A stretch of DNA of 64,000 nucleotides, from positions 35,069 to 99,068 of the forward strand of contig JAZDCY010000074.1 in the NCBI GenBank assembly GCA_036679645.1, given 5' to 3'. The DNA is from Gemmatimonadota bacterium (GTDB lineage Bacteria; Gemmatimonadota; Gemmatimonadetes; Gemmatimonadales; GWC2-71-9). The notes under the pieces are model-generated. The model saw nothing but the letters and a program-made list of their open reading frames with translations, had not been told where the DNA came from and did no database searches. The position numbers were made by a program, and so were the translations under genes. This document shows, piece by piece, positions 8,783 through 19,047 of this stretch (the first letter of the stretch is position 1; the number at the start of each line of letters is the position of its first letter).

Positions 8783-9771
8783 GACTCGCTCCCGTTGTCG
8801 TCGGCGACCAACCAGCATCGGGCGGTTCGCTCGGGGCCGACGTCGAGCAGAGCCGGCTCGGTGCGGCACCGCTCCCAGGCTTTGCTACAGCGGGGGTGGA
8901 ACCGGCATCCGGCGGGCCAGGCAGTTGCCGGTGGGACGGCTCCCGGGATGGCCGGTGTGGGCGTGGCAGGGCCGTCGAGTCGCGGGGCGGCCTCGAGCAG
9001 GCCACGCGTGTACGGGTGCTTGGGATCGGCAAAGAGCTCAGGTGTAGGTGCGATTTCCACGATGCGACCGCCATACATGACGGCCACTCGATCGGCGATT
9101 CCCGCTGCGATGCCGAGGTTGTGGGTAATGAGCAGCATCGCGGTCCCGAATTCGCGCTGGAGGGCGGTGAGCAACTCGAGAATCTGCGCTTGGATGGTGA
9201 CGTCCAGCGCGGTCGTGGGCTCGTCGGCGATCAACACGCGCGGTCGGCACACGAGCGCGATGGCGATCATTACGCGTTGGCACTGGCCGCCACTCAGCTC
9301 GTGCGGGTATGCTCTCGCGCGCTGTTCCAGATCCGGGATCCCGACCAGGTGCAGCATCTCGATGGCGCGGGCCCACGCGGCTTTCCTGGTCACGCGCTCA
9401 TGCGCGCGGACAGTCTCGGCGACCTGCAGGCCAATCGTGAGTACCGGGTTGAGGCTGGCCATCGGTTCCTGGAATACGATGCCGATGCCGGCTCCCCGTA
9501 CGTGCCGCAGGTCGCGCTCGCGGAGCCTAGTCAGGTCGGTTCCCTCGAACTGCACCTGGGCGGTGGACGCGATTAGCCCCGGGGGGGTCGGGATCAGCCG
9601 CAGAATCGAGAGCGCCGTGACCGTTTTGCCGGATCCCGACTCGCCCACGAGCGCGAGCGTCTCGCCGGCGTGGAGATCGAACGAGACGTCATCGACGGCG
9701 CGCGCCGTGCCGTCAACCGTGGCGAACGTCGTCGTCAGGTTGCGGACGCTGAGGACGGGGCTCATGCTCAT
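8779..9771 (-). CDS. oppD: Oligo/dipeptide ABC transporter ATP-binding protein (OppD/DppD-like)
   Basis: GESGSGKT, LSGGQCQR, ADEPTTALDVTIQAQIL, GCRFHPRC. Confidence 0.9.
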   Translation of the reverse strand: MSMSPVLSVRNLTTTFATVDGTARAVDDVSFDLHAGETLALVGESGSGKTVTALSILRLIPTPPGLIASTAQVQFEGTDLTRLRERDLRHVRGAGIGIVFQEPMASLNPVLTIGLQVAETVRAHERVTRKAAWARAIEMLHLVGIPDLEQRARAYPHELSGGQCQRVMIAIALVCRPRVLIADEPTTALDVTIQAQILELLTALQREFGTAMLLITHNLGIAAGIADRVAVMYGGRIVEIAPTPELFADPKHPYTRGLLEAAPRLDGPATPTPAIPGAVPPATAWPAGCRFHPRCSKAWERCRTEPALLDVGPERTARCWLVADDNGSES

Positions 9772-10574
9772 CGGCGGCGCGGGTCGAGGGCTTCGCGCAC
9801 ACCTTCACCCAACACACTGAATGCCAGTACCGTCAGGACAATTGCCACGCCGCCCGCCGTCGAGATCCACGGTGCCACCGTGAGCACGTGGCGACCGTCG
9901 TTGATGATGTTCCCCCACGATGGCGTGGGCTGCGGCACGCCGACCCCCAGGTACGATAGGCCGGCCTCGATCAGGATGACCTGCCCGACGCCGAGTGTAG
10001 CGACGACAATGATGGGCCCGGCAACATTCGGCAGGATGTGGCGAGTTAGAATGCGTACGGATCCGGCACCGAGCGCACGCGCTGCGGTGACGTACTCGCG
10101 TCCACGGGCGCTCTGCACCTCCGCGCGCACGATCCGACTGGTTCCGAACCATCCCGTCATGCCGAGAACCGCGATCAACGCCGGCACGGTGACCCCTTCC
10201 CACAGCACAAGCACCACGAGCAGCAGGAACAGACGTGGCACCGCGAGTCCGGCGTCCACGATCCGCATGAGCACCGTGTCCACCAGCCCACCCATGAAGC
10301 CCGCCGTGAGTCCGACGGTGGTTCCGACGGTCACGGCGATGGTCATCGCGAAGAGGGCGATCGACAGGGAGATCCTCGCTCCGAAGAGAATGCGGCTCAA
10401 TAGATCACGACTGTAGAGGTCGGTCCCCAACGGGTGTGCGGCCGACGGGGCGACGTTGCGCAGCGTGACGAGGTCGAGCTGTGCGGTGGGATCGTAAGGA
10501 GCGAGCCAGGGTGCCGCGAGGGCCACCAGCGCAAGCGCGCCGACGAGCGCGACACCCACGCGGAGCCGATTCAC
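9768..10574 (-). CDS. oppC: Peptide ABC transporter permease (OppC/DppC-like)
   Basis: HPLGTD, YVTAARALGA...RHILPN, EAGLSYLGVG, PSWG; GTG 10574 overlaps upstream TGA. Confidence 0.9.
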   Translation of the reverse strand: MNRLRVGVALVGALALVALAAPWLAPYDPTAQLDLVTLRNVAPSAAHPLGTDLYSRDLLSRILFGARISLSIALFAMTIAVTVGTTVGLTAGFMGGLVDTVLMRIVDAGLAVPRLFLLLVVLVLWEGVTVPALIAVLGMTGWFGTSRIVRAEVQSARGREYVTAARALGAGSVRILTRHILPNVAGPIIVVATLGVGQVILIEAGLSYLGVGVPQPTPSWGNIINDGRHVLTVAPWISTAGGVAIVLTVLAFSVLGEGVREALDPRRR

Positions 10575-11545
10575 GATGCTGACCTCGTGCGCGGGTCGGC
10601 CGCACGCGTGAGCAGGTCGGCGAGCAGGTTGCCGAAGACGACCATGACAGCGGCCATGATTGCCGCCCCGGTGACCATTGGGTAGTCGCGTCGCCCAATG
10701 GCGTCGGCCGCCAGCTTGCCCATGCCGGGCCACGCAAAGACCGTCTCCACGAGGACCGCGCCCGAGAGCAGAACGGGGAGGGCGAGGCCCGCGATCGTGA
10801 TCGTGGGGAGGAGGGCGTTCCGCAGCGCATGACGCAGGACCACGACGCGCTCGCGCAATCCTTTGGCGCGCGCGGTGCGGACGAAATCCTGTGCGATGGC
10901 CTCCACCATGGCGGCACGTTGGTGCCGCGCCGTGTAGCCAGCGCCGACCAGCCCAAGTGTCATTGCGGGCAAGACGAGGTGGTGCAGTCTATCCGCGATC
11001 TTGCCGAGAGGTGATAGAAACGGGTACGTCACGGGGTCGGTCACGCCGGCCACTGGAAACCAATCGAGTCGCTCGCCCAACCCGAATAGCAGCATGAGGC
11101 CCAGCCAGAAGACGGGCATCGAGTAGAGCGTCAACGTGATGATCGAGAGCGCTCGATCGGTGAGCGTTCCCGACCGCATTCCCTGCACGATGCCCGCGCC
11201 GACACCGATGCCGAAATCGATGAGCAGAGCCGCGGCCGCGAGTAGGAGTGTATTCGGAATAGCGTCCCGGATGGCGTGGCTCACGGCTCGCCGTTCGGCG
11301 AACGACGTCCCGAGGTCACCGTGCACGAGCCGCCAGAGGTAGCGCACGTACTGGACGTGCAAGGGTCGATCGAGGCCGAAGTTTACGCGCGTCTGTTCGA
11401 CGACCTCTGGTGGGATGCGTGCGTCTGACATGATGGCGGTGAGGGGGTCGCCGGGCGCGGCATGGAGCAGTACGAAGGTCAGGGTCGCTACGACGAACAC
11501 GACGACTAGGCCTTGCCCCAGGCGAGCGAGAAGATAGCGAGCCAC
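10571..11545 (-). CDS. oppB: Peptide ABC transporter permease (OppB/DppB-like)
   Basis: PGDP, GDLGTS, FVRTARAKGL, ETVFAWPGMG, RDYP. Confidence 0.9.
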   Translation of the reverse strand: MARYLLARLGQGLVVVFVVATLTFVLLHAAPGDPLTAIMSDARIPPEVVEQTRVNFGLDRPLHVQYVRYLWRLVHGDLGTSFAERRAVSHAIRDAIPNTLLLAAAALLIDFGIGVGAGIVQGMRSGTLTDRALSIITLTLYSMPVFWLGLMLLFGLGERLDWFPVAGVTDPVTYPFLSPLGKIADRLHHLVLPAMTLGLVGAGYTARHQRAAMVEAIAQDFVRTARAKGLRERVVVLRHALRNALLPTITIAGLALPVLLSGAVLVETVFAWPGMGKLAADAIGRRDYPMVTGAAIMAAVMVVFGNLLADLLTRAADPRTRSAS

Positions 11546-11564
11546 GATGTCTACAAGATGAGAC

Positions 11565-12308
11565 TCACCGGCGCCACGTCCAGGCGGGATCGTCGAAAAC
11601 CGGTTCTGGGGGAGGTGGAGCGTCGCTGGTGGTCCACTCGCCCGCCCATGTGCGTTGTGCCGCGGTTGCGAGAACCCGTGCTACATCTGCGAACGCGACG
11701 GGTCTACCCAATGTCGCGCGCAACGATGTCGCTGCTGTCTCCGGCGCCGCCCCACGCGTGATCTGGGCGAGTATGCCCTGGTCGTCGCGCAGCAGGATGG
11801 ATCCGTGTTGCAGGAAGGCGCCGCCGTGCCGTACCTGCGCCGACCCCACCAGTTTGCGATGCCCGATTACTACCTCGCCGCCCACGGGCGCCGCGAAGCA
11901 GGCGCCCGCGCCCACCGGGCTCGCCCGCCCGCCGGCAGCGAGTCGCGCGTCCGCCCCGAGCGCGCGGACGGCTTCGGCGACCACCTCGTGTATGGCGAGA
12001 AAGGTGTCGCGTAGTCCACCGAACGATTGGACCGGTGCAGCGACCGCATACGTGACCTCCGCGTCGTGCCACACCGCGCGTCCGCCGGTTGGTCGGCGAA
12101 CGGTGTCGAGGCTCAGCCGGCGGATGCGATCGACGTCGTATCGGGTGCGGGCCGGTTCGTTGCGCCCGAAGGACAGACAAGCGGGCCGCCAACAGTAGAT
12201 GCGGAGGAACGCCCTGTCTTCACGGGCTGCGTGCAACAGCGCCGCGTCGATCCCCATGTTGTCCGCGCCGGTGCGGCCGCGCGGGTCCACGAGGAGGGTC
12301 CACCGCAT
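11565..12308 (-). CDS. Lipoate-protein ligase / octanoyltransferase (LplA/LipM family)
   Basis: NMGIDAAL, RRPTGGRAVWH, ACF, KLVGSAQ, QHGSI; directly downstream of gcvP. Confidence 0.85.
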   Translation of the reverse strand: MRWTLLVDPRGRTGADNMGIDAALLHAAREDRAFLRIYCWRPACLSFGRNEPARTRYDVDRIRRLSLDTVRRPTGGRAVWHDAEVTYAVAAPVQSFGGLRDTFLAIHEVVAEAVRALGADARLAAGGRASPVGAGACFAAPVGGEVVIGHRKLVGSAQVRHGGAFLQHGSILLRDDQGILAQITRGAAPETAATSLRATLGRPVAFADVARVLATAAQRTWAGEWTTSDAPPPPEPVFDDPAWTWRR

Positions 12309-12319
12309 CAGGGGTGGCG

Positions 12320-15223
12320 TCAGCGCGTCGCGTACGACTTGATGGGCGGACAGGAAGAGACGAGGTTGCGGTCGCCCCACACGTTGTCGAGCCGCCCCAC
12401 GGCGGGCCACACCTTGCCCACTCGTGTTGCGTCCGACGGAAAAGCAGCCCGTTCGCGGTCGTACGGTCGGTCCCACGCGTCGGCGATCACCTGTTGCAGC
12501 GTGTGCGGTGCTCGCGAGACGACGTTGCTGTCGCGATCCGCGGTGCCCGCTTCGATCTCTGCGATTTCGGCGCGGATAGCGATCAGCGCGTCGCAGAACC
12601 TATCCAGCTCCTCCTTCGACTCGCTTTCGGTCGGTTCGACCATCATCGTGCCTGGTACGGGGAAGGAGATCGTAGGCGGGTGGAAGCCATAGTCGATGAG
12701 CCGTTTCGCGATGTCCTCGACCTCCACGCCGCTGGTGCGTTTGACCGGCCGCGTGTCGAGAATCCCCTCATGCCCCACGAGGCCATGTGCGCCGCTGTAC
12801 AACAGGTCGAAGTGTCCCTCGAGGCGCTTCATGACGTAGTTGGCGCTCAGAATAGCGACTTTGGTCGCATTGGTCAGGCCATCGGCACCCATCATCGCGA
12901 TGTACGCCCATGAGATGGGGAGGATGGAGGGGCTACCCCAGGGTGCCGCCGAGACGGTGCCACACGATTGTGCGTGACCTAGCGGGACCACCGTGTGATC
13001 GGGCAGAAAAGGCGCGAGGTGCTCCGCGACCGCGATGGGTCCCATACCCGGCCCGCCCCCGCCATGCGGGATGCAGAACGTCTTGTGCAGGTTTACGTGG
13101 CAGACGTCCGCGCCAAAATCCCCCGGGCGGCAGAGCCCTACCTGCGCGTTCAGATTAGCACCGTCGAGGTAGACCTGGCCGCCGGCTGCGTGGACCAGGT
13201 CGCAGAGCGTCTTGATTTTGCCTTCGAACACCCCGTGCGTAGATGGATACGTCACCATGATGGCGCCAAGGGTCCCCTTGTACTGCTCCGCCTTCGTCTC
13301 GAGGTCAGCCAGGTCGATGTTGCCCTGTTCGTCGGTCCCGACCACCACGACATCCATTCCGGCCATCACGGCACTTGCCGGGTTGGTGCCGTGGGCGGAC
13401 TTCGGGATGAGGCACGTCGTGCGGTGCGTCTCGCCACGGGACCGATGATACGCGCGGATCACGAGCAGGCCGGCAAACTCGCCCTGCGCCCCAGCGTTGG
13501 GCTGGAGTGAGACGGCGTGCATCCCGGTAATCTCGGCCAACCACCGCTCGAGCGTCTCAAACAGCTCGGTGTACCCGCCCGCCTGTTCGCGCGGCACGAA
13601 CGGATGGAGTCCACCGAAGCCCGACCAGCTGATGGGCATCATCTCGGTGGTCGCGTTGAGCTTCAGCGTGCACGAACCGAGGGGGATCATCGCGGCGGTC
13701 AGCGACAGGTCGCGGTTCTCGAGGCGCTTGAGATAGCGCAGCATCTCGGTCTCGGCCCGGTAGGTGTGGAACACAGGATGCTCGAGGAATGAGCTTGCGC
13801 GCCGGAGTGTGGTCGGGATGGCGTCGCCCTCGATAGCAGCTAGATCGGGGGGCGTTGCGTCGGCCGCGGCTGCGAGGGCGGCGACGAGGTCGGAGAGATC
13901 GTCGTCGCCGGCCGTCTCATCCAACGCGATCGACACGCGTGTCTCGCTGGCACGCCGGAGGTTGATGCGCCGGCTGCGTGCTTCCTCCATGATACGATCG
14001 GCGCGTTCGCGCGTGGTCTCGACTGTGAGCGTATCGAAGTAAGCGTCGTTGACCTGCGCATACGCTAGCTGGCGGAGCGCCTCCGCGAGCCGGGCCGCCT
14101 GGCGGTGCGCTCGGCGCGCAATGCGGCGGAGTCCGTTTGGGCCGTGGTAGACGCCGTACATCCCGGCGATTACGGCGAGTAGGACCTGTGCCGTGCAGAT
14201 GTTGCTGGTTGCCTTGTCGCGCCGGATATGCTGCTCGCGCGTCTGCAGCGCCATGCGCAGCGCCACGCGTCCATCCACGTCTCGCGACACCCCGATGATG
14301 CGACCCGGGATCTGCCGCTTGTATTCGTCCCGGGTGGCGAAGAAGGCGGCGTGCGGGCCGCCGTACCCGAGCGGTACGCCGAACCGCTGAGAATTGCCCA
14401 CGGCGATATCGGCGCCCCAGGCGCCCGGCGGAGCGAGCAGCGTGAGCGCCAGCAGGTCGGTGGCGACGGTCACCAAGGCGCCCGCTTCGTGTGCTCGCTC
14501 ACAAACCTCGTGGAGGTCGCGCACGTGGCCGTAGGTGTCCGGGTACTGAAGGAGCGCGCCAATGACGGTCTGATCGAACGTGAACTGATCGGGTGATCCC
14601 ACTTCGATGCCGATCCCGCGCGCGGCCGCACGCGTCTCGAGGACGGCGATTGTCTGCGGGTGACATGCCGCATCGATCAGAAACCGCGCGCCGTCGTGCC
14701 GCTTGGTGACCGTGGCCGACATCGCCATTGCCTCAGCCGCCGCCGTGGCCTCGTCGAGCAGCGACGCGTTGGCCACCGGCAACTCGGTGATGTCGGAGAC
14801 CATCGTCTGGAAATTCAGGAGGGCCTCGAGCCGCCCCTGTGCGATCTCGGGTTGGTAGGGCGTGTACGCGGTGTACCAGCCTGGGTTCTCGAGGACGTTC
14901 CGCTGAATGATGGTGGGCGTGACACAGTTGCTGTATCCCATCCCGATGAAGGAGCGGAACACCTGGTTTCGCCCGGCGAGTGAGCGGAGGCGGTCGAGCA
15001 CCTCCGCTTCGCTGGCGGCCGCAGGGAGGTCCAGCGGAGCACGCAACCGGATATCGTCGGGGACGACCGCATCAATGAGTGCGTCTAGCGAATCGTAGCC
15101 CATTGCGTCGACCATGGTCGCGATGTCATCTGGTCGCGGGCCAATGTGGCGGTCGGCGAAACAAGCGACCGCGTCTCGAGCGGTTGTTGAGGAATCGTGT
15201 GCGTGGTTGAGCTTCTGGGCCAT
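12320..15223 (-). CDS. gcvP: Glycine dehydrogenase (decarboxylating), single-chain P protein
   Basis: [40 protein letters not shown] (PLP lysine), EPTESE. Confidence 0.97.
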   Translation of the reverse strand: MAQKLNHAHDSSTTARDAVACFADRHIGPRPDDIATMVDAMGYDSLDALIDAVVPDDIRLRAPLDLPAAASEAEVLDRLRSLAGRNQVFRSFIGMGYSNCVTPTIIQRNVLENPGWYTAYTPYQPEIAQGRLEALLNFQTMVSDITELPVANASLLDEATAAAEAMAMSATVTKRHDGARFLIDAACHPQTIAVLETRAAARGIGIEVGSPDQFTFDQTVIGALLQYPDTYGHVRDLHEVCERAHEAGALVTVATDLLALTLLAPPGAWGADIAVGNSQRFGVPLGYGGPHAAFFATRDEYKRQIPGRIIGVSRDVDGRVALRMALQTREQHIRRDKATSNICTAQVLLAVIAGMYGVYHGPNGLRRIARRAHRQAARLAEALRQLAYAQVNDAYFDTLTVETTRERADRIMEEARSRRINLRRASETRVSIALDETAGDDDLSDLVAALAAAADATPPDLAAIEGDAIPTTLRRASSFLEHPVFHTYRAETEMLRYLKRLENRDLSLTAAMIPLGSCTLKLNATTEMMPISWSGFGGLHPFVPREQAGGYTELFETLERWLAEITGMHAVSLQPNAGAQGEFAGLLVIRAYHRSRGETHRTTCLIPKSAHGTNPASAVMAGMDVVVVGTDEQGNIDLADLETKAEQYKGTLGAIMVTYPSTHGVFEGKIKTLCDLVHAAGGQVYLDGANLNAQVGLCRPGDFGADVCHVNLHKTFCIPHGGGGPGMGPIAVAEHLAPFLPDHTVVPLGHAQSCGTVSAAPWGSPSILPISWAYIAMMGADGLTNATKVAILSANYVMKRLEGHFDLLYSGAHGLVGHEGILDTRPVKRTSGVEVEDIAKRLIDYGFHPPTISFPVPGTMMVEPTESESKEELDRFCDALIAIRAEIAEIEAGTADRDSNVVSRAPHTLQQVIADAWDRPYDRERAAFPSDATRVGKVWPAVGRLDNVWGDRNLVSSCPPIKSYATR

Positions 15224-15235
15224 GGCTCCTCACAT

Positions 15236-15265
15236 AACAAACGCCCCGGGGCGACCCCGGGGCGT
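15236..15265 (-). terminator. Stem-loop between gcvH and gcvP
   Basis: Perfect 11-bp inverted repeat ACGCCCCGGGG-cga-CCCCGGGGCGT, followed on the minus strand by TTGTT. Confidence 0.55.
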
Positions 15266-15307
15266 GTGACCGTTCAGTTTCTTCGGTGTGTCCGCTCCGG
15301 GAGCGAG

Positions 15308-15697
15308 CTACTCGCCGACGTGCTGTGCGTAGTCGGTGGATGCGAGGAGCTCGTTGAGCTCCCCTGCGCTCCGGAGCTGCATCTTGATCATCCAACCATC
15401 TCCATATGGGTCTTTGTTGACGAGAGCCGGGTCGTTCTCGAGTGCGTCGTTGATCTCGACGACCTCGCCGGCAAGCGGAGAGAACAACTCGGAGACCGCC
15501 TTGACGGCCTCGATCGTCCCGAAGACGTCCATGCGACTGAGCGACGTTCCCACGTCAGGCAGATCGACGTACACGATGTCGCCGAGCTCTCCTTGCGCGT
15601 AGTCCGTAATCCCAACGATCACGGTTCCGGGTTCGTCACCGGTCTTCACATATTCGTGTTCTTCGGTGTAGCGCAAATCAGACGGGATGTCGGACAT
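15308..15697 (-). CDS. gcvH: Glycine cleavage system H protein
   Basis: YTEEHEY, GITDYAQGELGDIVYV, EAVKA lipoyl-lysine motif, DPYGDGW. Confidence 0.97.
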   Translation of the reverse strand: MSDIPSDLRYTEEHEYVKTGDEPGTVIVGITDYAQGELGDIVYVDLPDVGTSLSRMDVFGTIEAVKAVSELFSPLAGEVVEINDALENDPALVNKDPYGDGWMIKMQLRSAGELNELLASTDYAQHVGE

Positions 15698-15739
15698 GGC
15701 AATGCGACCGGAGAAGGGTGGAACAGACGAGGCGGAAGA

Positions 15740-16351
15740 TTATCCCAGCCCGCGGGCCAAGTCAAGCAGCGCGTTCCACGCGTGCTGGGCGTGTTGCCGC
15801 AGCGTGTCTAGCGTGTCCGCGTTCTCGATCACGAGGTTGCTGCGGGCGCGCTTCGTGGCCGACGGCAGTTGTGCGGCCATGAGGTCGTCGGCTTCCTGCG
15901 CGGACAATCCCCGATCTCGCACGAGTCGATCGTGTCTGATAGGATCCGGGGCGTCGACGAGGACGACGGCGTCGAAATCGGACGGGTCGAGCACCTCGAA
16001 AAGGAGCGGGATATCGCTCACGACCACCCGGTCGCCACGCGCCCGCGCCTCCTCGACGAGAGTGGTGCGCCGGCGTTGGACCGCCGGGTGGACGATGGCG
16101 TTGAGCGCGCTGCGGGCATCGGCGTCGGCCATGACGCGCCGTCGCAACATGTCCCGGTCGAGCGAGCCGTCCGCTTGCATGACGGTCTCGCCAAAGCGGT
16201 CGCGGATCGCGTTCACCACCGAGCTTCCTGGCTGTTGCACCTCGCGCACGATGGCATCGGCATCGATCACGGTGGCGCCCCATTCGGCAAACCATCGGGC
16301 GACGGTGGATTTCCCCGAGGCGACGTTGCCGGTCAGCGCGACGTTAAGCAA
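15740..16351 (-). CDS. coaE: Dephospho-CoA kinase
   Basis: LTGNVASGKSTV, IDAD, LNAIVHP, DIPLLFE. Confidence 0.93.
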   Translation of the reverse strand: MLNVALTGNVASGKSTVARWFAEWGATVIDADAIVREVQQPGSSVVNAIRDRFGETVMQADGSLDRDMLRRRVMADADARSALNAIVHPAVQRRRTTLVEEARARGDRVVVSDIPLLFEVLDPSDFDAVVLVDAPDPIRHDRLVRDRGLSAQEADDLMAAQLPSATKRARSNLVIENADTLDTLRQHAQHAWNALLDLARGLG

Positions 16352-16352
16352 C

Positions 16353-16510
16353 TAGACGCACAGACAGAGTAGACGCTCAGGCGCACAGACGCGCAGATGC
16401 ACAGACGCACAGACGCACAGACGCTCAGGGGTGCACATGGCTGGCGATCGGCGAAGATGTCGTCATCGGGGACCCCTGAGCACCTGAGCAACTGAGCAAC
16501 TGAGCGTCTA
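16353..16510. repeat. 8-bp-period tandem repeats arranged as inverted arms
   Basis: CAGACGCA-like units at 16353-16425 and CTGAGCAA-like units at 16476-16507; TAGACGCTCAG (16370-16380) is the reverse complement of CTGAGCGTCTA (16500-16510). Confidence 0.8.
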
Positions 16511-17119
16511 GCCTTCCAGCAGGTCAGCTTGGTCGACATAAACGGCCGGTACCTCGTGGCAATGGCGGCATCGGGCCTCGTACGACTCCGAGCCGCCCAC
16601 CAGAATCGTGGGCGAGTCGTAGACGGCGGGTTTTCCATCGACCAATCGTTGATTGCGGCAGGCGGGGTCGCCGCATACGACGCAGATCGCATGCAGCTTG
16701 TCCACGATCTCGGCAACGGCGAGCAACTGCGGCATTGCCCCGAAGGGCTCGCCGCGAAAATCGGTGTCGGTACCGGCGAGGATCACCCGGATGCCGCGGT
16801 CGGCAAGCGCGGTCACGACTTGGGCGATGCCCATGTCGAGGAACTGTGCCTCGTCGATGGCCACGACATCCACGCCGGTGCGTACGCGGCGCATGATCTC
16901 GCCTGACGAATCGACGGGGATCGCGTCGGCCGTGATGCCGTCGTGTGTGGTGACGGAGTGCAGGCCGGTGTAGCGGTCATCCAGGTGTGACTTGAACACC
17001 TGGACGGACTTACGCGCGATGATGGTGCGGCGGACGCGGCGAATCAGCTCTTCGCTCTTGCCGCTGAACATGACGCCCGAGATGACTTCGATCCAGCCGG
17101 GTCGGGTGCCGTGATACAC
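16508..17119 (-). CDS. tdk: Thymidine kinase
   Basis: [24 protein letters not shown], Zn motifs CVVC and CRHC; GTG start at 17119. Confidence 0.95.
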   Translation of the reverse strand: MYHGTRPGWIEVISGVMFSGKSEELIRRVRRTIIARKSVQVFKSHLDDRYTGLHSVTTHDGITADAIPVDSSGEIMRRVRTGVDVVAIDEAQFLDMGIAQVVTALADRGIRVILAGTDTDFRGEPFGAMPQLLAVAEIVDKLHAICVVCGDPACRNQRLVDGKPAVYDSPTILVGGSESYEARCRHCHEVPAVYVDQADLLEG

Positions 17120-17349
17120 GCTACCCCCAGCCCCCGCCCGACGCAGCGCGGGCGAGCATGCTGTCAACATCGGTTTTGGGGCCAGTGTCCATCCGCATTC
17201 GTTAGGAAGCCTCTGAGCAAGCCACAATCATGCCGAGATCCCGCAGCCTAGGGGAACGCGGCATTGTAAGGCGCGATCGCTCCGGAGACAAGCGGGTTGC
17301 GGCAGCGAAGCGGGAAGCGATATTGCGGGAGCCCATTTGCGGAGGAAGT

Positions 17350-17634
17350 GTGAACAAGGCCGAGTTGATCGAAGCGCTGGCAAGCCGGCTCGACTTGCCC
17401 AAGACGGATGCTACCCGAACCGTGGAAGCGGTCTTCGGCATGGATGGGGTCATCGTCGAGACGCTGCGTGCGGGTCAGAGAATCCAGATCACCGGGTTCG
17501 GGAGCTTTCAGGCGAAGGCGCGCGCGGCGCGGACCGGGCGTGATCCGCGGACCGGAAACCCAATCCAGATCAAGGCATCGACGCAGCCCACCTTCAAGGC
17601 GGGACAGGGGTTTAAAGACGCACTGAATCCCTAA
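17350..17634 (+). CDS. hup: HU family DNA-binding protein
   Basis: (M)NKAELIEALA, GFGSF, ARTGRDPRTG, FKAG; GGAGGA before GTG 17350. Confidence 0.93.
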   Translation: MNKAELIEALASRLDLPKTDATRTVEAVFGMDGVIVETLRAGQRIQITGFGSFQAKARAARTGRDPRTGNPIQIKASTQPTFKAGQGFKDALNP

Positions 17635-18947
17635 CGGCTTTCGGGCCGGGCCGACACGCGGCGGCCCCGGATGACCGCACCGGTGAGGCCCCGCACGACC
17701 GCATCCAGGTCGTCGGGGCGCACCTCTACGAGCGTGAACCGGTCTCGGATATCGATACGTCCGATGTTCTTGCCCGGAATGCCGACCACGTTGGCGATCA
17801 CGCCAACCACATCTCCCGGCCGGAGCCGGTCGGAACTGCCCAGGTCCAGATGGACACGTGTCTTGGCGAGTGCGTCGGGCACATCGGGCACAGCCGTGGC
17901 GGCAGGTGCCAGGTCCGCAGCGGCAGCGGCTACGAGCGCCGGGTCGAACTCCTGAAAGAGGGGTGCCAGCGCCAGCAGTTGGCCGTCGAGGCCCCCTTGG
18001 CGCACGCGTTCCCGAACCCGACGCCGCAGCTCGGATGCCCGGTCGCGCGCGCGGTCGGCTTCGGATCGGCGGGGGAACGGGCGCAGCGTCTCGACCAGCC
18101 GTTCTAGATAGGGTACCTGGTCGGCGCGCAGTACTACGAGGACGTCCTCGGCCGATGCCCGGAGTTGGGCGATGACCTCCTGCGAGACACAATCGACGGC
18201 GAGGACGAGCGCTACACGCTCGCCCGCCGGATCCTCACCGATCTCCACCGCATCGGCGGCCGTCACCGACGCCCAGGCTTCGTGCCGGTGGGGAAGCGGG
18301 TCCCAGATCCGGGCCGAATCCGGGTTTATCGAGTTCAACGCCTCCTGCACGACGAGCCGCACGTCCTCTTCGCCGCTGGCTGTGGCGAACCGCACGGTTC
18401 CCGTAGACGCATGTGGCGGGCGCGAGGCTACGGCGACGGGCGCCCGGTGGGCGTGCCGAGTGAGCAGATCGGCAATACGTGTCTCGTCCGACGTGACGAA
18501 GATGCGCTGGGCGTCTCGCGCGTCGGCCAGCAACGTGTCCAGTACCTCTGCAGCGTCGGCATGCGCTGTTTCCGGCCAGAGGATGACGATACGCCGGACG
18601 GGTGTGAGCTTGAGGGTGGTTTGGCGGACCAGGTCGAGCGCGTCTTGGGGTGTCACGACGAGCGTTCGGACCGCGCCGGCCCGAAGGAGCCGCCCGATAC
18701 GGGTCCGGCCAGAAGCCACCGCGACAGATTGCAGGTGCGCGAGATCCAGGGTGCTTCGCTGCACGTCCCATGCGGTGGCGATCTCAGGCACGACGATCAC
18801 GGTCGTCGGCGTCTCGCCGGACTCGATCGGAGCGGCGGCCAGCATGGGCCGGGCGGCCCATGCCGCCGGGGGACAGACGTACACCAACGGCTTGCCGCCG
18901 GTCAGTGCGGCGCGGTGCGCGGCGTCCAGCGCCGGCACGAGGTCCAT
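17631..18947 (-). CDS. Degenerate DEAD-box helicase-like protein with C-terminal DbpA RNA-binding domain
   Basis: C-terminal LDLGSSDRLRPGDVVGVI...IGRIDIRDRFTLVEV matches DbpA RBD; N-terminal part keeps helicase layout without catalytic motifs. Confidence 0.75.
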   Translation of the reverse strand: MDLVPALDAAHRAALTGGKPLVYVCPPAAWAARPMLAAAPIESGETPTTVIVVPEIATAWDVQRSTLDLAHLQSVAVASGRTRIGRLLRAGAVRTLVVTPQDALDLVRQTTLKLTPVRRIVILWPETAHADAAEVLDTLLADARDAQRIFVTSDETRIADLLTRHAHRAPVAVASRPPHASTGTVRFATASGEEDVRLVVQEALNSINPDSARIWDPLPHRHEAWASVTAADAVEIGEDPAGERVALVLAVDCVSQEVIAQLRASAEDVLVVLRADQVPYLERLVETLRPFPRRSEADRARDRASELRRRVRERVRQGGLDGQLLALAPLFQEFDPALVAAAAADLAPAATAVPDVPDALAKTRVHLDLGSSDRLRPGDVVGVIANVVGIPGKNIGRIDIRDRFTLVEVRPDDLDAVVRGLTGAVIRGRRVSARPESR

Positions 18948-19047
18948 GCTCACTCCACCCTCAATTGTCAAAGATGGCTATCATGCTACCTTCGCCCCGA
19001 GACGATGGCAATGACGCGCCGCAAGGCGCTGTGTTTGGGGGAGACAC

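Noticed and set aside
15224..15740. Glycine riboswitch upstream of gcvH or gcvP
   Set aside because: Intergenic gaps are only about 42 and 84 nt and lack recognisable aptamer motifs.
16353..16510. CRISPR array
   Set aside because: Units are 8 bp without unique spacers and no cas genes are present; the same applies to the 12-bp elements.
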